Below are positions 38,795 to 48,220 of a stretch of 64,000 nt of DNA, piece by piece; within the stretch, counting starts at the first letter, position 1, and every line of letters begins with the position of its first letter. Below the pieces are notes generated by a model. That model was given only the letters and a program-made list of their open reading frames with translations. It did not search any database and was not told the DNA's origin. The stretch is from Candidatus Zhuqueibacterota bacterium (GTDB taxonomy: Bacteria > Zhuqueibacterota > Zhuqueibacteria > Thermofontimicrobiales > Thermofontimicrobiaceae): the NCBI GenBank assembly GCA_049322915.1, contig JBMOPW010000036.1, positions 64,001-128,000 on the forward strand. Direction: 5' to 3'. A program made the translations under genes and the position numbers.

Positions 38795-39211
38795 ATGCCA
38801 CAATTTAAACCCACAATTATTTTCTACTGTTGCGAATGGAATCCCTACATTGGCGCGGACAATGCCGGTGCCCAGGGTATTCAGTACCCGGCCACTATCC
38901 GCATCATCCCGGTGAACTGCACCGGCCGCATTACGCCGAAATTGATTTTGAACGCATTCGAGCGAGGCGCAGATGGCGTGCTCATCGGCGCGTGCGGCAA
39001 GGGCGAATGCCATTACATTTCCGGCAATGAAACCTGTCTGGCCGTGGTGAAGGAGACAGCGGAACTGCTCATGCTTTCCGGCATCGATTCCCGCCGGCTG
39101 GAAATGGAACTGTTCACCAATCTCAGCGGCGAATACTTCGTCTCGGTCGTCACCGGGTTCTCGGACAGGATCGCCCGGCTTGGACCTCTGGCAGAAAAGG
39201 AGGCCGCATGA
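38795..39211 (+). CDS. mvhD: MvhD/FlpD-like subunit (CCEWN variant)
   Basis: CCEWNPY.GAD.AG, NCTGR, GADGV..GAC..GECHY..GN. Confidence 0.88.
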   Translation: MPQFKPTIIFYCCEWNPYIGADNAGAQGIQYPATIRIIPVNCTGRITPKLILNAFERGADGVLIGACGKGECHYISGNETCLAVVKETAELLMLSGIDSRRLEMELFTNLSGEYFVSVVTGFSDRIARLGPLAEKEAA

Positions 39212-40341
39212 AATTAGACGCGATCATCCAGGAGACCAATGCCCATTTCTGTCTCGAGTGCGGGATTTGTACCGGCAGTTGCCCTGTTTCGCGGATCAAT
39301 CCCGGCTACTCGCCGCGGCTGTTCGTGGAGAAATCTCTGCTCATTTCCGAGGATGAGTTAATTGAGGACAGCGATTTGTGGACCTGCCTCACCTGCGGCG
39401 CGTGCAGCGCGCGGTGCCCCTCGCGAGTCGATTACAACGAGTTCATGCGGCGCACCCGAAGTCTGGCCATCGACGTCGACAATCGCGGAATTTGCACCCA
39501 CGCCGGCACGATTCAGGCCATCGCATCGCTGCAGAAACAGGATTTCGTGACAAAGGATCTGAGTTGGATTCCTTCTGAAATGAAAACTCAAGAGAGCGGC
39601 GAAACGCTGCTTTTTGTCGGATGCACGCCTTACTACGAGGTGATTTTCAGGGATATAAATGCCGGCAGCCTGACGCCGGTCGTCTCGGCCATTAAAATTC
39701 TGAACGCGGTGGGCGTCGCGCCGGTCATCCGCTCCGACGAGCGCTGTTGCGGCCATGACGCCTACTGGACCGGAGAAATTGAAAAATTCAAAATCCTGGC
39801 GCAGAAGAACATCGACATGGTTAAAAAGGCCGGGGCGAAACGGGTTATTTTCACGTGCGCTGAAGGTTTCAGCACGTTCAAAACCCTCTATCCCAGATTT
39901 TTCAGCGAACTGAATTTCGAGGTGCTCCATATCTCGCAGTTCATCGCCGAGAAAATCGCCTCCGGCGAATTGAAACTCAGGGAGAATGGCCACAAGGTCA
40001 CCTATCACGACCCTTGCCGGCTGGGTCGATTCGAAAGCGAATTCGACGCGCCGAGAAACGCGCTGCTGGCCATCCCCAAATTGGAATTGGTGGAGATGTC
40101 GAGAAACCGTGAAAATGCCCTGTGCTGCGGTTCCAGCACGTGGATCAACTGCACCCGGATTAATAAAAGAATACAGGTGGAAAAATTGAAAGAGGCGCAG
40201 GCCACCGGTGCGACAACCCTGGTCACGGCCTGCCCCAAATGCAAAATTCATTTGAGCTGCACGAAACATGATAATGGATTTGATGTCAATATAGAAATCA
40301 AGGACCTGGCTACGCTGGTGGCTGAAAATTTACAGGCCTAA
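39208..40341 (+). CDS. HdrD-like FeS protein (2x[4Fe-4S] + two CCG domains)
   Basis: CLECGICTGSCP, CLTCGACSARCP, RCCGH, TYHDPCRLGR, LCCGS, TACPKC. Confidence 0.88.
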   Translation: MKLDAIIQETNAHFCLECGICTGSCPVSRINPGYSPRLFVEKSLLISEDELIEDSDLWTCLTCGACSARCPSRVDYNEFMRRTRSLAIDVDNRGICTHAGTIQAIASLQKQDFVTKDLSWIPSEMKTQESGETLLFVGCTPYYEVIFRDINAGSLTPVVSAIKILNAVGVAPVIRSDERCCGHDAYWTGEIEKFKILAQKNIDMVKKAGAKRVIFTCAEGFSTFKTLYPRFFSELNFEVLHISQFIAEKIASGELKLRENGHKVTYHDPCRLGRFESEFDAPRNALLAIPKLELVEMSRNRENALCCGSSTWINCTRINKRIQVEKLKEAQATGATTLVTACPKCKIHLSCTKHDNGFDVNIEIKDLATLVAENLQA

Positions 40342-40399
40342 GTACAGCGTTTCACAAATCGATGTAGGGTTTCAATGATGAAAATGAGTTTTCATTGAT

Positions 40400-40471
40400 C
40401 GTCATTCCCGCATTTTTTTTGGCGGGAATCCAGTGGATGCCCGATATCCTCCAAATGCTGGACGGGCATGA
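40400..40471. repeat. REP/dRS3-like palindromic element
   Basis: cgtcattcccgc...gcgggaatccag followed by a second imperfect hairpin tgcccg...cgggca. Confidence 0.55.
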
Positions 40472-40553
40472 TGGATGAACCCACCAAAAATTTATGAAAT
40501 GGTATACTAAGTGGACTATTTTACTCGATAGTATATAATTTTGAATATGGAAA

Positions 40554-42527
40554 ATGTCCATGGGGATCGCCTCTGACATCGTCATCATTGTTGTTGCTGC
40601 ATTGATTGGTGGATTAGTTGCTAGATTATTTAAGCAACCTCTGATCTTAGGCTATATCCTTGCTGGAATTTTAATTGGTCCCAATACAGGTGGCGTAACA
40701 GTTTCTAATATTCATGAGATTGAGACATTAGCGGAGATCGGTGTCGCACTTCTTCTCTTTGCAATTGGTCTTGAATTCTCGTTTAATGAACTGAAGCCTG
40801 TTCGTAAAATCGCCTTGATTGGCACACCAATTCAAATAATATTAACAATCGTCTATGGTTATGCCATCGGTCATTTTTGGGGCTGGAGTTGGAACCAATC
40901 GCTTTGGCTTGGGGCAATGATCTCGATATCCAGCACAATGGTTACACTTAAAACCTTAATGAGTCAGGGCTGGATGGGGACTCTTTCCAGTCGAGTAATG
41001 ATTGGCATGTTAATTATTCAGGATTTAGCGATTGTGCCAATGATAATTATCTTGCCCCAGTTGAATAATCCTACGGTTGGTTTGCCATTATTAGGAATAG
41101 CAGTAATCAAGGCTATCATTTTTCTATTAGTGATGATTTTGCTTGGTACAAAATTAATTCCTTATTTATTAAAAAAGATTGCCAGTTGGAATTCCCGTGA
41201 ATTTTTTTTACTCTCAATCGTAACAATGGGATTAGGAATTGGTTATGGCACATATCTTTTTGGTCTTTCATTCGCATTCGGCGCGTTTATTGCTGGGATG
41301 GTTATCAGTGAGTCAGATTATGGCTATCAGGCTTTAAGCGATATTATCCCGCTTCGCGATATTTTCAGTCTGCTTTTTTTTGCATCCGTTGGGATGTTAT
41401 TAGAGCCTGGTTTTATGCTCTTCCATTGGAAAATGATTTTAATTTTAGTTCTGCTCGTGTTGCTCGGAAAAGGTATTATATTTGGTGGGTTAAGCAGATT
41501 TTTTGGTTATCGAAATGTAATACCACTTGCAGTGGGTTTGGGATTATTCCAGATTGGCGAGTTTTCTTTTGTGCTGGCACGATTGGGATTAAATACAAAT
41601 TCCATCGACGCTGAACTTTATTCTTTGCTTCTGTCGACAACAATTGTCACTATGCTAATAACGCCATTTATGTCAAGCTTAACTACACCGCTGTATTCAA
41701 TATATAAAAAGAAATTCAATCATGAGCCTTACCAGATGACAAATCTGCCAAAATCCGGACTGAAGGATCATATTATCATTGCAGGTGGTGGTCGTATCGG
41801 CTGCAATATCGCCAAGGTTTTACATCAACTGAAATTATCATTTATTATTATTGAATTGGACTCGAGAAATTTTGAACAATTGAAAAACATTGGTTTTTCA
41901 GTAGTTTATGGTGATGCGAGTCGTGATGAAGTGCTTGAAGCTGCAAAGGTCAAGCATGCAAAATTACTTCTTATTACGATACCATCGATTATCATTTCAA
42001 GAGTGATCACCGAAAATATCCATAAAATCAATCCATCATTAAGAATTGTTGCCAGAGCTATAAATATAGAGCACATTAAAGATTTGTATGAGCGTGACGT
42101 CTATGAAGTTGTTCAACCGGAATTTGAAGCAAGTCTCGAATTTACTCGTCAGGCATTGCTTCACTTTGATGTTTCAAATAATGATATATTTAAATTTACA
42201 GATTCAATCCGTCGGGAAATGTATACTCCACTTTATGAAGATGAAATACCAGATCGTCCACTTGCCAAACTTAAAAGTGCATCCCATTTATTAGATTTAA
42301 ACTGGATGAATATCATAAAAAATAGTCCTTTAGTTGGGCGATCAATAAAAGAATTACAAATCAGAAGCCAGACAGGCGTTTCTATTGTAGCAGTATTGCG
42401 TGATGATACGCTATATCCGAATCCTGCACCTGATTTTCAATTTTCAGAGAAAGATTTAATCGGTGTTCTTTGTGAACCCAAACAGTTGAATAAATTTCTC
42501 GAATTTGCAAAGTTGCAGTTATTTTAA
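40554..42527 (+). CDS. Kef-type (CPA2) cation:proton antiporter with TrkA_N and TrkA_C domains
   Basis: [48 protein letters not shown]-rich relative to its flanks. Confidence 0.92.
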   Translation: MSMGIASDIVIIVVAALIGGLVARLFKQPLILGYILAGILIGPNTGGVTVSNIHEIETLAEIGVALLLFAIGLEFSFNELKPVRKIALIGTPIQIILTIVYGYAIGHFWGWSWNQSLWLGAMISISSTMVTLKTLMSQGWMGTLSSRVMIGMLIIQDLAIVPMIIILPQLNNPTVGLPLLGIAVIKAIIFLLVMILLGTKLIPYLLKKIASWNSREFFLLSIVTMGLGIGYGTYLFGLSFAFGAFIAGMVISESDYGYQALSDIIPLRDIFSLLFFASVGMLLEPGFMLFHWKMILILVLLVLLGKGIIFGGLSRFFGYRNVIPLAVGLGLFQIGEFSFVLARLGLNTNSIDAELYSLLLSTTIVTMLITPFMSSLTTPLYSIYKKKFNHEPYQMTNLPKSGLKDHIIIAGGGRIGCNIAKVLHQLKLSFIIIELDSRNFEQLKNIGFSVVYGDASRDEVLEAAKVKHAKLLLITIPSIIISRVITENIHKINPSLRIVARAINIEHIKDLYERDVYEVVQPEFEASLEFTRQALLHFDVSNNDIFKFTDSIRREMYTPLYEDEIPDRPLAKLKSASHLLDLNWMNIIKNSPLVGRSIKELQIRSQTGVSIVAVLRDDTLYPNPAPDFQFSEKDLIGVLCEPKQLNKFLEFAKLQLF

Positions 42528-42569
42528 TTGGAGATAAATTAAAAGTAGAATTGAAAATTGAAAATTGCA

Positions 42570-42700
42570 AACTAACCTCTGGATCAACTTGAGCTGAAGG
42601 GCGTTGTTTGAAATCGAATTTTAAGAACATCGCATTACTTATTTAAAAACTGAACGTTCTGTGTAACCTTCGGCAAGTTAGCCAGGCAATAACCGTTGTT
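42570..42700 (+). other. Degenerate attC-like site after the Kef gene
   Basis: AACTAAC-ctctg-gatcaacttgagctgaagg ... ccttcggcaagttagc; the GTT expected after the spacer is displaced. Confidence 0.4.
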
Positions 42701-42729
42701 ACGCTTGGGAAATTATTAGGAGAAAAAAT

Positions 42730-44034
42730 TTGAAAGACGTTCTGGTCATTGGCGGCGGCATCGCCGGCATTCAGGCTGCCCTGGATTTGGGAGACATGGG
42801 CATCAAAGTCCATTTGGTGGAAAAGAAACCGAGCATTGGCGGCATCATGGCGCAGCTCGATAAGACATTTCCCACAAACGACTGTTCTATATGAATTCTG
42901 GCGCCGAAAATGCTGGATGTCGGTCGGCATCCAAATGTGAACATCCTGGCCTACAGCGAAGTGCTGGACATTCAGGGTACCATCGGAAATTTCGATGTCA
43001 CAGTGAAGAAAAAAGCGCGCTACGTTAAAGAAGATATCTGCAATGCATGCGGGGATTGCGTGGCCAAGTGTCCGACGCGAAAGATCCCCGATGCGTTCGA
43101 TATGGGATTGCGCATGCGCCGGGCGGTCTATCTTTATTTTTCCCAGGGTATACCGGCGGTAATGACCATCGACGCGGAGCATTGTCTCTATCTCCAAAAA
43201 GGCAAGTGCGGCGTCTGCCAGAAGGCCTGCGTCAAGGGCGCTATCGATTACGAGCAGAAAGATCAGTTGCTGAATCTGGACGTGGGAGCGATTGTCATGG
43301 CCACAGGCCTGGATGTATTCGATCCGACGCATTTGACCCACTACGGCTATCGCCGGTTGAAAAATGTCATCACCGGCCTGGAATACGAACGGCTCATCAA
43401 TGCCACCGGCCCCACCGGCGGCCATTTGAACCGGCCGTCGGATGGCCAGTTGGCGCACAAGGTCGCCTATGTTCAGTGCGTGGGTTCGCGGGATTTCAAC
43501 AATTGCAATTATTGCTCGAGCGTCTGCTGCATGTACGCCATTAAAGATGCCATGCTGGGTCGCGAGCATGACCCGGATTCGGATTCCTATATTTTCCACA
43601 CGGACTTCCGAAATGTTGGGAAATGGTTTCAGAAGTACGAAATCCGCGGGAAAGAGGAATATGGGATCAACTACATTCGCGGGCGAGTGGCAGAAATTAC
43701 CGTCGGCGAGAATGACAATCCGATTCTGTGGTACGAAGACACGGAAACACGCGAGGTGAATCAGCTACAAGTGGACATGGTGGTGCTGTCCACTGCGGCC
43801 AAGCCGGCTGTTGGCTCGGATATTCTGGCCGCAAAAATGGGCGTGAAATTGAACGAGCACGGATTTGTGGATACGCATCTGCCATTTCCCAACGACACCA
43901 ATGTGCCCGGCATTTTCGGCTGCGGATTTTGCCTGGGCCCGGCTGATATTCCTGAATCGGTGGCCCAGGCCAGCGCAGCCGCCAATCGCGCTGCGGAGGT
44001 GGTGTTTCTGGAACAGGCCAGGTCCCAGGCATGA
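42730..44034 (+). CDS. hdrA: Selenocysteine-containing HdrA-like protein (Sec at codon 55, TGA 42892-42894)
   Basis: AGGAG RBS + [16 protein letters not shown]...[22 protein letters not shown] is in frame with ORF 42910; TGA sits at the conserved Cys of CSxCILxPK. Confidence 0.9.
42915..42932 (+). promoter_or_regulatory. Putative bacterial SECIS hairpin (hdrA)
   Basis: GGATGTC-GGTC-GGCATCC stem-loop; G-containing loop 27 nt after the UGA. Confidence 0.65.
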
Positions 44035-44223
44035 TTGAACAGACGCGATTCCGTAGCGCAGCGGCTTACCATAAAAAAGTGCGTTCCGAAAAATATTAAA
44101 GGGCGTGAACAGGGTGGAAGGCATTCACGTGCTCAGCTTGAATGGCGGAGTTCGTCGCTAATTTTATGATTAGAGATTCTCAATAAGACAAATCCCAAAG
44201 GGTGATAATTTGAGGGAGTCCTC

Positions 44224-45897
44224 ATGCAAGAAATTCGTATCGGAGTTTTCGTTTGTAACTGCGGCAGTAACATCGCTGGCTTCTTGAACTGTACAGACAT
44301 CGCGGAGTATTCGAAATCGCTGCCTCACGTGGTTTTCACCCGTGAAAATCTGTTCTCCTGTTCCGAAGCCGGCGTGAGCGACATCAAGAAAGCGATCATC
44401 GAAAACAAGCTGAACCGCGTGGTAGTGGCAGCCTGCACACCGCGGACGCACGAGCCCACATTCCGCGCTGCGTGCCAGGAGGCCGGGATGAATCCGTTCC
44501 AGTTCGAGTTTGTCAACATTCGCGAGCACTGTTCCTGGGCGCACAAGAACGAGCGGGACCTGGCAACGACCAAAGCCAAAGATCTGATTCGCATGGGCGT
44601 GGCGCGCGCTGCGCTGCTTGAACCCCAGGTGAGTATTGTCGCCAATGTGGAGCCATCGGCTCTGGTCATCGGCGGAGGCATCGCCGGAATGACCGCGGCG
44701 AAATCATTGGCGGACCGCGGCTTTCACGTGACGTTGGTGGAACGCGCGCCGGAATTGGGCGGAATGATCAGACGGCTCAATAAAATCCTCCCGGGCGAAA
44801 TCGACGCGGAGACAATGATTCAGGAAAAAATGAACGCTGTTCGCGGCAATAAAAACATCTCGGTACTCACCCGCCACACGGTCTCTGATATTGCCGGCTA
44901 CGTTGGAAATTACATGGCGACCATTCGCGATTCCGGCGGTGGTGAACAGAAGAAAAAAGTTGGCATCATCATTCTGGCGACCGGGGCTCAGGTGCTCACG
45001 CCGGATGGATTGTACAATTACAACGGCAGCACAATCATCAGCCAGTTGGAACTGGAGTCGAAGCTGAAATCCGGGAAAATCAAGGCCGACACCGTGGTGA
45101 TGATTCAGTGCGTCGGGTCGCGGAACCGCGATCGGGTGTACTGCTCCAGAATTTGCTGCATGACCTCGATTAAGAATGCCATTCTGCTGAAACAGCAGAG
45201 GCCGTCGCGTCGCGTGTTCATCCTGTATCGGGATCTCATGTGTTACGGCGTCGAGAATGAGGATCTGCTTCGCCGGGCAAAGGCGCTGGGCGTGCGATTC
45301 ATTAAATTTTCCGAGCATCAGCCGCCGAAAATCGACGGACTGACCGTGACGGTATTCAATGATGTGCTGGGCCGCGAAATGGAAGTGCCAGCGGATTTGA
45401 TCGCGCTGGCAACGCCGTTCATCCCCAGCGATGGGGTAGAGGATATTTCCAAAATGCTCAAGGTGCCGTTGGATGAATATAAATTTTTCCTCGAGGCCCA
45501 TATCAAATTGAGGCCGCTGGATTTTGCCACGGACGGCATTTACGTCTGCGGAACCGCCCATTGGCCGGCGTCGACGGCGGAGTCAATTTTTCAGGCGCTG
45601 GGCGCTGCGGCGCGCGCGTCCATCCATTTGACGCGGAGAGAGGTGGAGGTGGAGCCCATTGTGTCCATGCTGGTGGATGAGGATATTTGCCGCGGCTGCG
45701 GACTCTGCGCCTCAGTCTGTCCCTACGGCGCCATCGAGATGATACAGACAGCCAAAGGCATAAAAGCTAATATCGTGGCTGTCGCCTGTAAAGGCTGCGG
45801 CACCTGCGGGGCAACGTGTTACACCCACGCCATCCGCATGAACCATTTCACGGACGAACAATTATTGGCGCAGATCGAGACTGCGTTTCGAGAGTAG
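44224..45897 (+). CDS. hdrA: HdrA-like flavoprotein (paralog of 36481)
   Basis: [52 protein letters not shown]-terminal 2x[4Fe-4S]. Confidence 0.9.
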   Translation: MQEIRIGVFVCNCGSNIAGFLNCTDIAEYSKSLPHVVFTRENLFSCSEAGVSDIKKAIIENKLNRVVVAACTPRTHEPTFRAACQEAGMNPFQFEFVNIREHCSWAHKNERDLATTKAKDLIRMGVARAALLEPQVSIVANVEPSALVIGGGIAGMTAAKSLADRGFHVTLVERAPELGGMIRRLNKILPGEIDAETMIQEKMNAVRGNKNISVLTRHTVSDIAGYVGNYMATIRDSGGGEQKKKVGIIILATGAQVLTPDGLYNYNGSTIISQLELESKLKSGKIKADTVVMIQCVGSRNRDRVYCSRICCMTSIKNAILLKQQRPSRRVFILYRDLMCYGVENEDLLRRAKALGVRFIKFSEHQPPKIDGLTVTVFNDVLGREMEVPADLIALATPFIPSDGVEDISKMLKVPLDEYKFFLEAHIKLRPLDFATDGIYVCGTAHWPASTAESIFQALGAAARASIHLTRREVEVEPIVSMLVDEDICRGCGLCASVCPYGAIEMIQTAKGIKANIVAVACKGCGTCGATCYTHAIRMNHFTDEQLLAQIETAFRE

Positions 45898-46050
45898 GTT
45901 AAAAAATGAATCGCGCAGAGACGCTAAGAAAAAAGTAAATGGTTTTTGTGATCTCTTCGGCTTCGCGTTAAATAAAATTAGAAAAGATAAATACCCGCAT
46001 CCGCGGAATAGACAGGTCTCATCAATTAATCAACTTAAGAAGGAACAAAA

Positions 46051-46821
46051 ATGTCGGAAAATTTCCATCCCAATATCCTCGCATTTTGCTGCAACTGGTG
46101 AGCGTACGGCGCAGCAGACCTCGCCGGGGTTGCGAGGCTTCAGTATAGTCCTGACATTCGAATCATCCGCGTGATGTGCTCCGGGCGAGTCGACCCGGTC
46201 CTGATCATCGAGGGCTTTATCAGCGGCGCGGACGGTGTGTTTGTCGGGGCGTGTCTCCCCGGGGAATGTCATTATTCCTCAGGGAATTTCCATGCCAAAA
46301 GTAAAATTCTGATGACGCAGAAAATTTTGCACCACGCCGGCATTCATCCGGAGCGTCTTTCTTTCAAAATGATGTCCAGCGCCGAAGGCGGCAAGTTTGT
46401 CTCGTTCGTCACCGAGTTCCAGAACCAGATTCGTGCGCTCGGTCCCATGGGTTCCAGTGAGAACATGTCCCGCGATGAAATGAACATCAAATTCTCAGCG
46501 GCCCGACAAGCGGTGGAGGGCAAAAAACTTCGCTGGGTGGTCGGCAAGCGACAGGAATTTCTCGAAAAGGGAAATCTCTACGGCGAAAAATTTACCGAAC
46601 ACGAGATTCATCGCCTGTTTGAAGAGGTGGTCATGGACGAATTGGCGATTCAGGAGATACTCATTCGGGCCAAAGACAAACCGCTCAGCGCGCGGAATCT
46701 GGCGGAGCAATTGCGCCTGCCGCCAAAACGGGTATTGCGCCAATTGGTGGATATGCGCCGGATGGGCATTATCAAAATTGTCGCTGTGGAGGAGAAATCG
46801 CCGCTGTGGCTGGCCTGTTGA
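46051..46821 (+). CDS. mvhD: Selenocysteine-containing MvhD/BamF-like protein with C-terminal wHTH-like extension (Sec at codon 17, TGA 46099-46101)
   Basis: AAGGA RBS. MSENFHPNILAFCCNW*AYGAADLAG...VMCSGRVDP is in frame with ORF 46171. Confidence 0.9.
46119..46137 (+). promoter_or_regulatory. Putative bacterial SECIS hairpin (mvhD)
   Basis: CCTCGC-CGGGGTT-GCGAGG stem-loop beginning 17 nt after the UGA. Confidence 0.65.
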
Positions 46822-47036
46822 TTCCGCCTGTTCAGAATGGCGACTGCTTCCGCTTCGATAGAATTCGTCGTTGGGGCAGGAGTCTGCTTTTGAATCACAG
46901 GTGTGGCGCGACGCAATCGGTCTTGTCCCAACGTCAGCCTGGCCGTTCTGTTGATAGAAATGAAAAGTGAAGCATTTTTACAAATGGAGGGGAGGTAGCT
47001 CCCTTGAGGTTGTCATCTTTTGAGGAGGAAGGTACC

Positions 47037-48113
47037 ATGCACAAAACAATAATTCGCATTCTCATCTGGGGAATTCTTATGCTGATCACAGCCGGGCATC
47101 CGGCGAACGCTCAAATCACCGTCACTGCCAGCGATGCACCGAGCTCCCCGGATATTTATTTTGAAATGAAGTATGCAAAGGATGTCGCGGTAAGTCCCGG
47201 CCTGGCCGGTGCAAATCAATACTGGGACTTCAGCAATCTGAATGTCTCGGGCATAACGATGTGGCGGCCGGTCCCTCCGGAAACCACGCCGTTCATCCAT
47301 CGGTTTCCCTCGTCAAATCTCGTCTACAAAGTGACGGAAACCGGCAACGACACGATCACCTATAATTATGCCCAGAAGACGGAGACCGCGCTGACCGAAC
47401 TGGGGCAGGGTAAAAAAGTGGGCGACGAGACGACCCTGCTTTTGGTCGCCAAACGCGCGACTCCGAAGCTCAACCTGCCGGCGACCTACGGCGATATGCA
47501 GTGGGCGTCGGTGCTGGAAGTGGATTCATCGCTGGGCGTGTTGGATGTGACCATCATCGATTCCAGCTACAACACGATTGACGCCTGGGGGACAATTAAA
47601 ACAGCGTTCGGCGAATTCTCCTGTCTGCGAATCCGGCAGGATCATAGCCAGATCGCCTATACCATGCTGGGCGCTATTCCCATTGAAGTGAATATCAATT
47701 ATTTCTGGGTGACCAATGAAAAAGGGATTTTGATGACGATGACGGGCAAGCACAATGAATTGAATCCCAATTATTCCGTGGCAAAAAGTGTGAACATCAT
47801 GTCGACTTACCTGACCGCCGTCGATGAGCAACCGCAGCCGACCCTCCCTGCGGAGTTTTCGCTGCTGCAGAATTATCCCAATCCATTCAATCCGAGCACG
47901 ACCATCCGCTATCGGCTGGATCAACCGGCAGATGTCAGATTGAAAATATTCAATATTGCCGGCCAGGAAGTTGGTTTGCTGGTGCAGGAGCAACAGGTGC
48001 CGGGCGACTATTCGCTGGAATGGAATGCAGCGCACTTGCCCTCCGGCGTGTATTACTATCACATTCAGGCCGGGGATAAAAACCTGTCCCGGGCATGCGT
48101 CTTGTTGAAATAG
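47037..48113 (+). CDS. Secreted protein with C-terminal T9SS type A/FlgD-Ig sorting domain
   Basis: GAGGAGG RBS; signal peptide; AGANQYWDFS; DAWGTIKT..G; LLQNYPNPFNPSTTI...LPSGVYYY. Confidence 0.85.
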   Translation: MHKTIIRILIWGILMLITAGHPANAQITVTASDAPSSPDIYFEMKYAKDVAVSPGLAGANQYWDFSNLNVSGITMWRPVPPETTPFIHRFPSSNLVYKVTETGNDTITYNYAQKTETALTELGQGKKVGDETTLLLVAKRATPKLNLPATYGDMQWASVLEVDSSLGVLDVTIIDSSYNTIDAWGTIKTAFGEFSCLRIRQDHSQIAYTMLGAIPIEVNINYFWVTNEKGILMTMTGKHNELNPNYSVAKSVNIMSTYLTAVDEQPQPTLPAEFSLLQNYPNPFNPSTTIRYRLDQPADVRLKIFNIAGQEVGLLVQEQQVPGDYSLEWNAAHLPSGVYYYHIQAGDKNLSRACVLLK

Positions 48114-48220
48114 CATTAGCACCAGTTTTGCCCCGAAATCATTCGAAGTGCAGGAATGAATTCAGCCATTAAATAATCGACCCCGAATTCAACTGTAAAA
48201 AAGGGAAATCAGGAATTTCT

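Noticed and set aside
42910..46173. ORF-track starts at 42910 and 46171
   Set aside because: They are internal codons; family homology and RBS extend upstream through in-frame TGA codons.
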